Notes: generated by a model from the sequence alone, not told the origin. 64,000 nt of DNA from Candidatus Saccharimonadales bacterium (GCA_035479795.1 DATIII010000008.1:94487-158486); one strand, 5' to 3'. Counted from the stretch's first letter, positions 7,514-16,805 are shown. Numbers and translations are program-made.

Positions 7514-9535
7514 CTATTTAAGTAGTTTCAGCAGGCCGGTTTCATCAATTTGCTTTGTGCCGTGCTTCTCGGCCTGTTTCACCTTACTTCCACCTGGAGA
7601 ATCGCCAATTATCAGATAGGTTGTATCTTTGGTGACGCTGTTTTGGAGCTTGCCGCCGAGAGCCACGATTTTTTCGCTAGCCGCCTCACGGCTAAATGCG
7701 TCAAGAGTCCCGGTAATCACAAAGCTCTGGCCGGTCAACCGTCCCTCGACCCGTTTACGCTCAACCGGGCGTACGCCAACCGCAGTCAATTTTTCGAGAT
7801 AATTTTGATGTCGCTTCGAATTTAGCCATTCATAGACGCTGCCGGCCACGACTTTGCCAATGCCCGCAACGTCCTGCAGTTCATCCAGTGAGACCTGCCT
7901 GAAGCGGTTAAGTGAGCCAAAGTGATCTGCCAAATCAATGGCAGTCTGCTGTCCAACATGGCGAATACCTAGAGCGTAGATAAAACGATCAAAGCTAATA
8001 TTTTTGCGATCTTGGATCGAGTCGACCAACTTACGAGCCGAAATATCGGCGAATCGCTCTAGCTTTACCAGTTGATCGTAGGTAAGTGAAAACAGATCGG
8101 CCGCGTCCTCCACCAGCTCAGCATCGATCAGCGCCTCCACATTCTTCTCGCCCATCCCCTCAATATCGTAGGCATCTTTGGAGGCAAAATGTACCACGCG
8201 ACCCCACTTTAGCGCGGGGCAATCAAAGTTAACACAACGCCAAACCGCTTCCTCGCTGCCCTTTCCCAGTGGCTGGCCGCAAACCGGACAGTTCTTCGGC
8301 ATTACAAAGGGCTTTTCCTTACCGGTTCTAAGCTTTGGCAGCGGCGCTACCACCTCCGGAATAATGTCCCCTGCCTTCTGGACAATGACGGTGTCACCAA
8401 TCCGAATATCCTTGCGGGCTACCTCGCCGGCATTGTGCAATGTGGCCATTTTGACAGTTGAGCCCGCAATTTTCACAGCCTCGAGCACAGCAAAGGGCGT
8501 AGCCGCACCGGTTCGCCCAATCGACACCATAATCTCCTTCAGGATAGTTGTCGCTTGCTCAGCCGGAAACTTATAGGCTACTGAACCGCGCGGGGCTTTA
8601 CCAACTACCCCCAGGGCGTTATAGATGGCCGTATCGTTTATAGTCGCCACCAGCCCATCGGTGCCATATGGCAGGTCGTGTCGCTTGTCCTCCCACTTAT
8701 GAGCAAACTTCATGATACCCTCGACTCCTTCAACCACCTCGCTATGGGGTTCCACCTTGAAACCCAGTTTGGCCGCCAACTCATGCTGAGCCCCGTGAGT
8801 ATCGAGACCGGGTACATTTGTCGCCAGTGCATATACATGAAAGCTCAGCGGTCTGGCTGCCACTAGCGCCGGATCTAGTTGGCGGATGGTGCCAGCGGCC
8901 GTATTGCGAGGGTTGGCAAACAACGGCTGACCCGCCTCTTCTCGCTCGGCATTGAGCCTACCGAAAACGGCTTTGTACATCATTACTTCCCCACGCACTT
9001 CAAACCGTCCCCGATATACAACATCAGGCACTCCGGGGTCACGACGCAGCACCAACGGTACCTGATCAATCGTCCGAATATTAGCTGTCACATCCTCACC
9101 CGTGCGGCCGTCCCCACGAGTCAATGCCCGAACTAGTAGTCCATCTTCATAAATAACCGCCGCCGCCAAGCCGTCCATTTTGATTTCAACATAAAACTCT
9201 TCGTCCAGGCCAGGTTGTAGCTTTTTAATCCGATCGACCCACGCCCTAGCCTCGGCTTCGTCAAACACGTCTTGCAGGCTAAGCATGGGCGCAGTGTGGG
9301 CTACAGCCGCAAACTTGGAGCTCGGCTTACCCGCTACTCGCTGGGTCGGGGAATCAGGTGTAATTAGGTCTGGAAACTGATCTTCCAACTGGCTGAGCTC
9401 ATGTTTAAGGCTGTCGGCCGCCGCCTCGCTCATCGTCGATTTGTCTAGCACATGATAGTAATAACGATAGTCATTAATCTGCTCGCGCAGCTTGGCAATC
9501 CGCTCCGCCGCCTGGTCTTTCTCAGGCAGCGGCAT
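7514..9535 (-). CDS. ligA: NAD-dependent DNA ligase
   Basis: 673 aa with KMDGLA adenylation motif, zinc-finger Cys cluster (CPVCGQPL…C) and HhH/BRCT C-terminus. Confidence 0.95.
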   Translation of the reverse strand: MPLPEKDQAAERIAKLREQINDYRYYYHVLDKSTMSEAAADSLKHELSQLEDQFPDLITPDSPTQRVAGKPSSKFAAVAHTAPMLSLQDVFDEAEARAWVDRIKKLQPGLDEEFYVEIKMDGLAAAVIYEDGLLVRALTRGDGRTGEDVTANIRTIDQVPLVLRRDPGVPDVVYRGRFEVRGEVMMYKAVFGRLNAEREEAGQPLFANPRNTAAGTIRQLDPALVAARPLSFHVYALATNVPGLDTHGAQHELAAKLGFKVEPHSEVVEGVEGIMKFAHKWEDKRHDLPYGTDGLVATINDTAIYNALGVVGKAPRGSVAYKFPAEQATTILKEIMVSIGRTGAATPFAVLEAVKIAGSTVKMATLHNAGEVARKDIRIGDTVIVQKAGDIIPEVVAPLPKLRTGKEKPFVMPKNCPVCGQPLGKGSEEAVWRCVNFDCPALKWGRVVHFASKDAYDIEGMGEKNVEALIDAELVEDAADLFSLTYDQLVKLERFADISARKLVDSIQDRKNISFDRFIYALGIRHVGQQTAIDLADHFGSLNRFRQVSLDELQDVAGIGKVVAGSVYEWLNSKRHQNYLEKLTAVGVRPVERKRVEGRLTGQSFVITGTLDAFSREAASEKIVALGGKLQNSVTKDTTYLIIGDSPGGSKVKQAEKHGTKQIDETGLLKLLK

Positions 9536-10347
9536 TATTTTAGACCTTTGTAGTATCGATAAAGGTAAAGGTTAGAAAGTGGCAACACCGTTAGCGCGAT
9601 AACCACCTGAATGAGCACCAGTACAAAAACATTCTGAGTAAAGTTAGCTAGCAAGGCTAGAAGACCAATTGGCACCACCAGCATCAATGCCAGCAGAAAG
9701 ACCAGGGCGATCATGCGACCGAGAGTCATAACCACTTTGCCTTTGGTGAGCAGCCGACTATGCCTAATTGCCTCCCACGGGCCCAGGTCAGTCTCGAAGA
9801 TGGCATAGAGCCCCCACAAACCGCGGGTGATCATTACAATACTGGGCACCGAGACGATCAGGGCGAGCAACCCCATCAGGGTTTTTTCGGCCGGCGACAG
9901 GGCCGTGCCCGGAGCTACAACTCCAAAGGCGAAAATAAGTAATCCGAGTAGCAGCGGCAGCAGCATAACCGTTAGCATTAATGCCACCAGGATCATACGG
10001 ATAAACATGGCCGAGCCCTTGTAATAAGATTCCCTAACCCCCACCTGATCACCATTTAGGAGTTGGACGATGGCGTAAACCAAGGCCACATTCATGGCCA
10101 GCTGTGCAAAGGTTAGATAAGCCGAAAGCGTGGTGTCACTGCCCGGATCCACCGCCAAGTTGGCTAGTAAAGCCACCGGCAAAATAACCGTCAGGATTAT
10201 CAGAACCAGAGCCCGTTTGTGCTTTCTAAAATCTTTCATCGACTGTTTAAACAGCGTCCACGGCTTAGGGTGCTTCTGGTGCTGATCACGCCAACTAATG
10301 ATGGAATTGCGAAACCATTCGAGCGGATGTCGTAGGTTATTCATCAT
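9535..10347 (-). CDS. polytopic membrane protein, hypothetical
   Basis: 270 aa with several predicted TM helices; stop overlaps the ligA start. Confidence 0.5.
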   Translation of the reverse strand: MMNNLRHPLEWFRNSIISWRDQHQKHPKPWTLFKQSMKDFRKHKRALVLIILTVILPVALLANLAVDPGSDTTLSAYLTFAQLAMNVALVYAIVQLLNGDQVGVRESYYKGSAMFIRMILVALMLTVMLLPLLLGLLIFAFGVVAPGTALSPAEKTLMGLLALIVSVPSIVMITRGLWGLYAIFETDLGPWEAIRHSRLLTKGKVVMTLGRMIALVFLLALMLVVPIGLLALLANFTQNVFVLVLIQVVIALTVLPLSNLYLYRYYKGLK

Positions 10348-10474
10348 TGCGGCAATCCTGTTTCGATGCAGTTCAAGGACGAGCGAGCACCGTAAGCGAA
10401 GCGTACATGAAGGTACGTTAAGCGCGGAGCGGAAGTTCGGACGCCGAAATGTGCGATAGAGGCTTGCCGCTTCA

Positions 10475-11362
10475 TTATACCTTCCCCTCCATGTCTCGGA
10501 GTTTCCTAATCCGATCCTCGATTGGCGGATGGGTACTAAAGAGATTAGCTACCAAGGCACCAGCTTTGCGACCAGCCAACGGGTTAGAAATATACATGTG
10601 GGCGTTAGCCGTGGAGGCGTGGCGCAATGGGCGGCCGGCGTGCTCGATCTTCTCCAGCGCGCGAGCTAAACCTTCTGGATAGCGAGTCAGTAGCGCTCCC
10701 GAAGCGTCGGCCAAATACTCACGGCGGCGCGAAACGGCCAACTGCAGCAGGGTGGCCACGATCGGCGCCAGGATGGCTAGAACGATCCCAATGATCATGA
10801 ACACCGGATTATTATCTTCCTCGTCGTCACCACCAAAGAAGTTCCAGCGGAAAAAGAAATCACTCAGCAGCGAAACCACCGTCACCAGGACCATGACAAT
10901 CGCCATAAAACGAATGTCGTAGTTCCCAACGTGGCTCAGCTCGTGAGCCAATACACCCTCCAGCTCTTCCTTTTCCATCACCTCCAAAATGCCAGTCGTC
11001 ACCGCCACCACAGCATGCTTCGGGTCGCGACCAGTAGCAAAAGCGTTAGGTGATGGATCATCGATAATGTAGACCCTGGGCATCGGCAGACCGGCAGTGA
11101 TCGCAAGATTTTCCACAATCCGATATAACTCAGGCGCATCCTTTTTGGCCACCTCACGAGCACCAGAAAGACTCAGAGCAATCTGGGCTGAGGCATAATA
11201 CCCAATTGTGGCGTACGCCAGCGAGCCCAGGCCGGCGAACACAAAAATTCCGGGATGATTAGTCGCTCGGGCAAAAACGTACCCGAGTATGGACACAAAG
11301 CCGACGAAGCCTATGGTTAACAACCATGATCTGCGCTTATTTGCCGCAATCTGAGTGTACAC
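10475..11362 (-). CDS. htpX: zinc metalloprotease HtpX (M48 family)
   Basis: HELSHVGNYD (HExxH) motif plus N-terminal TM helices; 295 aa. Confidence 0.85.
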   Translation of the reverse strand: MYTQIAANKRRSWLLTIGFVGFVSILGYVFARATNHPGIFVFAGLGSLAYATIGYYASAQIALSLSGAREVAKKDAPELYRIVENLAITAGLPMPRVYIIDDPSPNAFATGRDPKHAVVAVTTGILEVMEKEELEGVLAHELSHVGNYDIRFMAIVMVLVTVVSLLSDFFFRWNFFGGDDEEDNNPVFMIIGIVLAILAPIVATLLQLAVSRRREYLADASGALLTRYPEGLARALEKIEHAGRPLRHASTANAHMYISNPLAGRKAGALVANLFSTHPPIEDRIRKLRDMEGKV

Positions 11363-11364
11363 GG

Positions 11365-11658
11365 CTAGCCCTTAAGTAGCTTATTAAGCAATATATCGGC
11401 GGCGGCCGTATCGATGGCCGGATAAATTTTATTTACCAACTCCAGCACGGCGGCTAACCGAACCAGCGGCTCGGGGTTGAGTTTGTGCTGGGCCATCAGA
11501 TCGGCCGCTACAGCTGCCGGTACATCGGCAATGGCCTGACGAATGTGATGGGCTAGGACATTGGTTTCCGAGTCGCTAAATTCCTCGCCCACGCTAACTA
11601 GCTCCTTGGCCAGTGCCAGGGCATTCTTCCACGAATCTGTACGCTTAATTTCATCCAA
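11365..11658 (-). CDS. hypothetical protein
   Basis: 97-aa ORF between lemA and htpX in the same orientation. Confidence 0.4.
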   Translation of the reverse strand: MDEIKRTDSWKNALALAKELVSVGEEFSDSETNVLAHHIRQAIADVPAAVAADLMAQHKLNPEPLVRLAAVLELVNKIYPAIDTAAADILLNKLLKG

Positions 11659-11676
11659 CTTTTATCTAAACTCCAG

Positions 11677-12231
11677 CTAAAGCTTAACTTCGACTGGCTT
11701 ATCGATCTCCGCTTGGTTGTCGACTCCAAAGAATTCGCGAGCCTTAAAGCCCAACATGCCACCAAACAGGTTGGTCGGAAAAACTTGCAGCTTGGTGTTG
11801 AAATCACGGACATTACCGTTGTAGAAGCGGCGAGCCGCCTGAATCTTATCTTCGGTATCCACCAGCTCATCCTGTAGGGCTTTGAAGTTTTCGTTAGCCT
11901 TTAGCTGTGGGTAGGCCTCGGCCACGGCAAATAGGCTCTTTAGAGTACCGGCCAGCTGGTTTTCAGCCTGAGCCTTGTCCGCCATTCCGGTGGCGCCCAT
12001 AGCGGCACTGCGCGCGGCGCTGACATCAGAAAAGACCTTAGATTCGTGCGTGGCATAACCCTTGACCGTGGTGACCAGGTTAGGGATCAGATCGTACCGG
12101 CGCTTCAGCTGGACATTAATGTCGCTCCAGGCCTCGTCCGTCCGGTTCTTTGACTGAATCAGGCTATTGTAAACACCAATAACCCCAATCAGGATTACGG
12201 CTAATATTGCGATTACGATCCACATCGTCAT
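11677..12231 (-). CDS. lemA: LemA family protein
   Basis: N-terminal TM helix followed by a conserved LemA core (…NSLIQSKNRTDEAWSDINVQLKRRYDLIPNLV…RRFYNGNVRDFNTKLQVFPTNL…). Confidence 0.85.
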   Translation of the reverse strand: MTMWIVIAILAVILIGVIGVYNSLIQSKNRTDEAWSDINVQLKRRYDLIPNLVTTVKGYATHESKVFSDVSAARSAAMGATGMADKAQAENQLAGTLKSLFAVAEAYPQLKANENFKALQDELVDTEDKIQAARRFYNGNVRDFNTKLQVFPTNLFGGMLGFKAREFFGVDNQAEIDKPVEVKL

Positions 12232-12300
12232 GGTTTTGTACCTTGTTATTTTGGCTTATTATACCATTTTTGTGAGGTATTTGTATCTCAAAATACTACA

Positions 12301-12327
12301 CGCCCCCTCTAGTGAAAGAGGGGGCGC
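12301..12327 (-). terminator. strong GC hairpin (GCCCCCTCT…AGAGGGGGC) at the downstream end of the GC-rich island operon, just upstream of the lemA start
   Basis: ~9-bp perfect stem; the minus-strand read-out is followed by GTGTAGTATTTTGAG. Confidence 0.5.
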
Positions 12328-12329
12328 TG

Positions 12330-12692
12330 TTACTCGCGGAGGCGGGTAACGTCGAGGGTGACGCGGCTGACGTCGTCGATCTCGTTGCAGAGGCGCTTCG
12401 AAAGCTCCTCCATCCGCTTGAAAAAGTCCTCCTCGGGCTCCCCGTCATCCGGACATGCAGTAACCATCACGACCTTGCTGACATGAGGCTCATCACCCTT
12501 AACGCCTTTGGTCCTCAGCCGCGGCGGGCACCAGACCTCGAACGGACGGCCAGCCAGCTCATCGGCGATGATCAGCTTGGCAGCCCGCTGCACCTCACGG
12601 GCTCTCATGGCCGGCCTCGCAGGTCCCACTTCAGCCAATCCCAGCCGACAATCATCCCGACGGCAATTACTCCAGCGATTAGCCCGAGCCAA
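12330..12692 (-). CDS. hypothetical protein (GC-rich island); a shorter form may start at Met12617
   Basis: Minus-strand ORF tiling with the island operon; charged, protein-like composition. The overlapping plus-strand ORFs look like high-GC shadow frames. Confidence 0.4.
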   Translation of the reverse strand: MARANRWSNCRRDDCRLGLAEVGPARPAMRAREVQRAAKLIIADELAGRPFEVWCPPRLRTKGVKGDEPHVSKVVMVTACPDDGEPEEDFFKRMEELSKRLCNEIDDVSRVTLDVTRLRE

Positions 12693-12808
12693 GAATCGGA
12701 GGCAGCGACCGCCAAGGCACCTGGCAAGCTAGCCATGGCAGCGACAACTAGCCAGTAGTGCCTCTGACGCATGTAGGTCCGGAAATGGAACTTTCAGATT
12801 CTTCAACA

Positions 12809-13312
12809 CTACCGACTCCTCTCATAGGGGTTCTCCTCGGCCAGCTTGCGGGCGCGCTTTTCGATAATGCGCTCCTCCACACCGGTCAGCCGCATATTCG
12901 AAGGATGATGGCTGTCGCTCAAGACATAGCCGATGTAGATCCAGCAAAGACAGTCGAACAGATACTGGGAGCCATGATTGTTCAGGCCGTCACGGTTGGC
13001 TTTCCAAACTGCGTCTGCATGAACCCAGATTTCATGCGGAACCTTTGGCTTACCGGGGGTTCTTGCGGCGCTCTGAATGACCTTGAGCGTGCGCAAAACA
13101 TGATCACTGGACGTCAGTACGACCCTGACATCCCTTGCCTCGTCGGCGCTGCTTACAACCTCGACATGACGCTTGAACCATTCAGCACCCACTGACTGAC
13201 TGAGTCCATTGAGACTCACCCCAGCCTTTTCGGCAACCTGGCCCAAAGTGGCATTACCGCACAAATCATGCAGCGCCAGCAGAATCTGCTTCTGCCTAGT
13301 GTTTAGGCCCAC
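12809..13312 (-). CDS. HTH DNA-binding protein (LuxR/sigma-region-4-like N-terminal HTH), GC-rich island
   Basis: GTG start preceded by GAGGTGAGGAA; N-terminus …TRQKQILLALHDLCGNATLGQVAEKAGVSLNGLSQSV… is HTH-like. Confidence 0.5.
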   Translation of the reverse strand: MGLNTRQKQILLALHDLCGNATLGQVAEKAGVSLNGLSQSVGAEWFKRHVEVVSSADEARDVRVVLTSSDHVLRTLKVIQSAARTPGKPKVPHEIWVHADAVWKANRDGLNNHGSQYLFDCLCWIYIGYVLSDSHHPSNMRLTGVEERIIEKRARKLAEENPYERSR

Positions 13313-13327
13313 TTCCTCACCTCGCTT

Positions 13328-13897
13328 TCAGAGTTGGATTTGGCTTGCGCCGGGCCGAAAGATGGGCTCATGTTCACCCCATCCGGGCTGGCCGCGGCAG
13401 TCGCTCACGATGCCGTCGATCTCCACCCGGCAGATAGGGCAATGAGTCTTGCCCTCGGCCACCAACGAGTCACGTAGCTCCAACGGCCGGTCAGCCAGCT
13501 CACGACGGATCTCATGCCAACGCTGCTCCACGTCTTCCAGGGCTCGCCCCAATGCCCCACGAAGCCGGCCAAGATCGCCAAACGGAAAGCCCTGCCCACC
13601 GGTGGCCGACAGGTAGGAGCGGCCAGTATCACCAATCGGGTCTATCTGACTGAGAGCTTGAGTCAGATCGACATGGAGCTGCCGCCAAGGGGTAGTTCTG
13701 TCTAGATCGTCTTCGCGCCAGCGGATGGCCGAGGTCCGACGAGCATCGACCGATGCCGGCGTGCCGCGTAGCTCGAGCATGCGGGTGCACGGCAGCGGTT
13801 CACCACAGCCCTCGCAGACCGGCCGGTAATTCATAGGTCGATGGCCCTCAGCAGCGGCCGGATCAGGCAGGGTTGACGTCAGAGTTGGTGGCGCCAT
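13328..13897 (-). CDS. zinc-ribbon protein (two CxxC…C knuckles), GC-rich island
   Basis: Strong RBS AAGGAG 7 nt upstream; motifs CEGCGEPLPC and CPICRVEIDGIVSDC. Confidence 0.5.
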   Translation of the reverse strand: MAPPTLTSTLPDPAAAEGHRPMNYRPVCEGCGEPLPCTRMLELRGTPASVDARRTSAIRWREDDLDRTTPWRQLHVDLTQALSQIDPIGDTGRSYLSATGGQGFPFGDLGRLRGALGRALEDVEQRWHEIRRELADRPLELRDSLVAEGKTHCPICRVEIDGIVSDCRGQPGWGEHEPIFRPGASQIQL

Positions 13898-13918
13898 TAG
13901 TTTCTCCTTTTCAAGGTT

Positions 13919-14410
13919 CTATGCCCACACCAACTGGTATGGAACTTTCTTTTGTATCCGCTCGATTGCCTCGTCCAGCAGCTTGCCCAGATTGTAGGGT
14001 TTCGGCTGGCTGGCGTTCCACAGGGCGTATCTGATTTGCCCTGCCGAAAAGCCCATGAAGCCAGCAATATCCCGCGGCTCCAATGCGGTCAGCTGATCGG
14101 CCAAGAGGATCGTCCACATCCGTGCCCAATCCTCCATGCCTTGACGCCCCTTGGGGAGACGAACGGGGTTTACGGGATAGGAACCACAGATGTCTTGAGC
14201 GATGGCCGTCAGGACGTCGTGGCCCAGATCGATCTCGGCCACGGCCTTGAGGTGGTTTTCGCGGCCTCCCTTATTCCAGATTGAGTAGCCCAGACAGGCG
14301 GCATCAAAACAGTTCCGGCACAGCCGGATTCCCTTGTACTTCTCGACTGCCCGAGGCGGCCCCTTGGTCCCCCAAGGGCAGCTCTCGCATTTTCCCTTGG
14401 GAGGCATTCT
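13919..14410 (-). CDS. zinc-ribbon plus putative C-terminal HTH protein, GC-rich island
   Basis: Start moved to the internal Met (MPPKGKCESCPW…CRNC…) with RBS GAGGTGA, because the ORF-track N-terminus is simply read-through of tRNA-Leu. Confidence 0.5.
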   Translation of the reverse strand, partial: RMPPKGKCESCPWGTKGPPRAVEKYKGIRLCRNCFDAACLGYSIWNKGGRENHLKAVAEIDLGHDVLTAIAQDICGSYPVNPVRLPKGRQGMEDWARMWTILLADQLTALEPRDIAGFMGFSAGQIRYALWNASQPKPYNLGKLLDEAIERIQKKVPYQLVWA

Positions 14411-14436
14411 CACCTCGTTTTGGTATTGGTGTTCAC

Positions 14437-14465
14437 AGATTAGATAAAGCCGACAATTATTGCAA
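14437..14465 (-). promoter_or_regulatory. putative promoter of the island operon (TTGCAA-17-TAATCT), abutting the tRNA-Leu 3' end
   Basis: Reverse complement reads TTGCAAtaattgtcggctttatcTAATCT. Confidence 0.3.
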
Positions 14466-14467
14466 AT

Positions 14468-14553
14468 TGGTGGGAGAGGTGGGACTCGAACCCACAAGCC
14501 CGTAAAGGCAGCGGATTTTAAGTCCGCCGTGTATACCATTCCACCACTCTCCC
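14468..14553 (-). tRNA. tRNA-Leu (anticodon UAA)
   Basis: Manual fold: 7-bp acceptor stem GGGAGAG/CTCTCCC, anticodon arm GCGGA-CTTAAAA-TCCGC, long variable arm, T-loop GTTCGAGTC, encoded CCA. Confidence 0.85.
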
Positions 14554-14568
14554 TGGAGGCACCTAGGG
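14554..14568. repeat. 15-bp direct repeat of the tRNA-Cys 3' end (tggaggcacctaggg), immediately 5' of tRNA-Leu(UAA)
   Basis: Exact 15/15 match to 14688-14702; looks like an att-site or integration-scar style duplication. Confidence 0.7.
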
Positions 14569-14687
14569 TATGTCGCTTCGCGACCTCCTTGCGGTGCTCG
14601 GAACATGCCTGAGCAAGCTCGGCGCGTTCCTGCGCTCCTCATCCACCGAACCCTGGGTTTCGCTTCCCCAGATCGATTAACTCTAAT

Positions 14688-14761
14688 TGGAGGCACCTAG
14701 GGGAATCGAACCCCTGTAAAAGGTTTTGCAGACCTCTGCGTAACCACTCCGCCAAGGTGCC
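14688..14761 (-). tRNA. tRNA-Cys (anticodon GCA)
   Basis: Manual fold: acceptor stem GGCACCT/AGGTGCC, anticodon arm GAGGT-CTGCAAA-ACCTT, T-loop GGTTCGATTCC, discriminator U plus CCA. Confidence 0.85.
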
Positions 14762-14884
14762 AACGATAAGATTATACATTGGCGCTATCAGATATAAAAC
14801 GCTATTGCCTAGCGGCATTGCCAAGACGCACCGAGGATGTCATAATCGGTATACGAGTATGCCCCACAAACCCAGGAGGGACAC

Positions 14885-15276
14885 TGGTGAAGACTCGATT
14901 TAACCGTAGTGAAGGCTTCGAAGCACTCGTCGCCCAGGTTCACCGGCAGTTTGCCACCGACCCGAGGACGACCCACGAGATCTGCGAAGCAACCACTACC
15001 CCTCGCGCCAAGTGCGAGAGGTGGATAACGCCCTTTGGCGGCAGTACCTGCGTTCAAATGCTGCTCGCCGAATACGACACAGGTGGCCGGCTCTGCCAGC
15101 TGTCCGTCATCTCGGCCGATGGCCGCTGGCACGAGCTGGTTTCTGAAAACAACGGCGACGCCCCTGCTGGCAGACTGTCGCTTTGGACCGATACGGAATT
15201 GGCCCGAGCCACTGCAGCCAAGCTGCGACACTGTTTTAGGTGGCAGCGCCGCCCTAGCCTGGCCCTCGCGGCCTAG
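14885..15276 (+). CDS. hypothetical protein (GC-rich; GTG start after AGGAGGG)
   Basis: Plus-strand ORF with a strong RBS; the competing antisense ORF lacks one. Confidence 0.4.
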
Positions 15277-15318
15277 AACGCCATACAGCCGTTCTCTGAC
15301 ATGGATGTTGGAGGACGG

Positions 15319-16068
15319 CTAGTTGTTTTTATAAGCTTTTTGCCTGGCCGAGTGGCTTACGAAGTCAGAAAGTAACATCAGCCAGCTGTCATCCTGCTTG
15401 TACAACCATTCCGGATGAAACTGGGTCGCCATAATATAATGATTGCCATCTCCTTCCAGCACCTCAATGACGTTATCAGGAGCCATGGCCGCAATCTTTA
15501 AGCCCGGGGCAACGATATCCACGGCCTGATTATGCAGTGAGTTTACAGTCACGACATCACGTCCCATGATCTGGCGCAAGTGGGACTGCGGCCGGACGTG
15601 GATTTCATGAACAGGCAGGTCGAATTGTTTCTTTTTAAATGACTCGTCATGGTCGATCTCGGCATGACTCTGCGACGGGATGGTCTGATGCAAACTCCCG
15701 CCCATTACCACATTCATAATTTGAAGGCCGCGGCATACGCCAAACACCGGCTTTCGATCCAAAACACACCAACTGGCCATTACCATTTCGGCTTTATCCA
15801 CCCGAAGACTCGGCCGGTCAAGTTTACGTTGTATTTCCTGATGATAGAAACCCGGATCAATATCGCCGCCGCCACAGAACAGCATGCCGTCCAGAGTTTG
15901 ATAAATGCGCTTTAGGCTGGCAGTTTCAACCAACGGTACCAAAACCGGGGCTCCCCCGGCCGCCTCGATGGCTTCCACATAAGCCCCCAAAACGCCTTGG
16001 CGTTGCGGATACCATGACCGAGCCTCGTCATCCACCTCGCGGCAAACAATTCCCACCAGCGGTTTCAT
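15319..16068 (-). CDS. class I glutamine amidotransferase-like / peptidase C26 (gamma-glutamyl hydrolase family, PuuD-like)
   Basis: GVCRGLQ nucleophile elbow and a downstream His; 249 aa. Confidence 0.75.
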   Translation of the reverse strand: MKPLVGIVCREVDDEARSWYPQRQGVLGAYVEAIEAAGGAPVLVPLVETASLKRIYQTLDGMLFCGGGDIDPGFYHQEIQRKLDRPSLRVDKAEMVMASWCVLDRKPVFGVCRGLQIMNVVMGGSLHQTIPSQSHAEIDHDESFKKKQFDLPVHEIHVRPQSHLRQIMGRDVVTVNSLHNQAVDIVAPGLKIAAMAPDNVIEVLEGDGNHYIMATQFHPEWLYKQDDSWLMLLSDFVSHSARQKAYKNN

Positions 16069-16141
16069 AGTTCTTATGCTACGCCTTTATCCCGCCACAG
16101 TAAACACTATTCACATCTGGAAAGTTATTTAAAAGTCCTGG

Positions 16142-16732
16142 TTAATGGAACTTCTGGCCGGTCTTGAGCATTTCCATGATTGCATCCAGCCGTTTTTGGC
16201 GAGTTTCCGGCTTTATGGCGGTGTTGAGGCGGAAAGCGATGGCGTATTTATTGGCTTTGCTAAGCGTATTGTAGAACTCCTCGGCCTCAGGGTACCGTGA
16301 AAGCAGTTTTAAGAAATCAGCCGGCGTCTCCATATTGGCGGGCGAATCATAGGCGGCCTCCCAGCGACCATCAGTTTTGGCCGCCTCGATCTGCACTAAA
16401 CCAGCCGGACGCATTTTTTTATTGGCGATCAACCGCTCCACGTTTTCAATATTCTTCTTCGACCAAATGCTGCGCGGTCGCCTGGGCGTGAACTTCTGGA
16501 TAAAACTAATGTCGTCGTACTTGTTTACCAGGCTATCAATCCAGCCGAAACATAAGGCAACATCGACTGCTCCTCCCCAGTCGAGGGTGGGTTTGCCAGA
16601 TGCTTTTTTATAAAAGCGCAGCCAAACCCCAGGCTCCTTAGAATGATTTGCTTCAAGCCATGAATAAAACTCATCCCCGGTCTTAAAACTTTTTATAACT
16701 AATCCGTCTTTTTGTAGTTTTGGCATAATCAA
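16142..16732 (-). CDS. YdeI/OmpD-associated family protein (DUF1801/1905-like)
   Basis: 196-aa ORF whose N-terminal region (MIMPKLQKDGLVIKSFKTGDEFYSWLEANHSKEPGVWLRFYKK…) matches the YdeI-like family from memory; a domain search was not run. Confidence 0.5.
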   Translation of the reverse strand: MIMPKLQKDGLVIKSFKTGDEFYSWLEANHSKEPGVWLRFYKKASGKPTLDWGGAVDVALCFGWIDSLVNKYDDISFIQKFTPRRPRSIWSKKNIENVERLIANKKMRPAGLVQIEAAKTDGRWEAAYDSPANMETPADFLKLLSRYPEAEEFYNTLSKANKYAIAFRLNTAIKPETRQKRLDAIMEMLKTGQKFH

Positions 16733-16805
16733 ATATTACTCCCCTACTCCTGGAAATGTCTATGTGGCTATGCTACAATTTGACGGTTCGCCAGCCTGGC
16801 GACGC

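Noticed and set aside
12312-13195. Plus-strand ORFs 12312-12758, 12508-12732 and 12758-13195, and other antisense ORFs in the island
   Set aside because: Shadow frames caused by high GC. They lack RBSs and have Ala/Arg/Pro-rich compositions. The minus-strand set forms a coherent SD-bearing operon.
13919-14824. N-terminal 43 aa of ORF 13919-14539, and ORFs 14457-14696 and 14639-14824
   Set aside because: They overlap tRNA-Leu(UAA), tRNA-Cys and the att-like repeat. The real CDS begins at the internal Met with an SD (14410).
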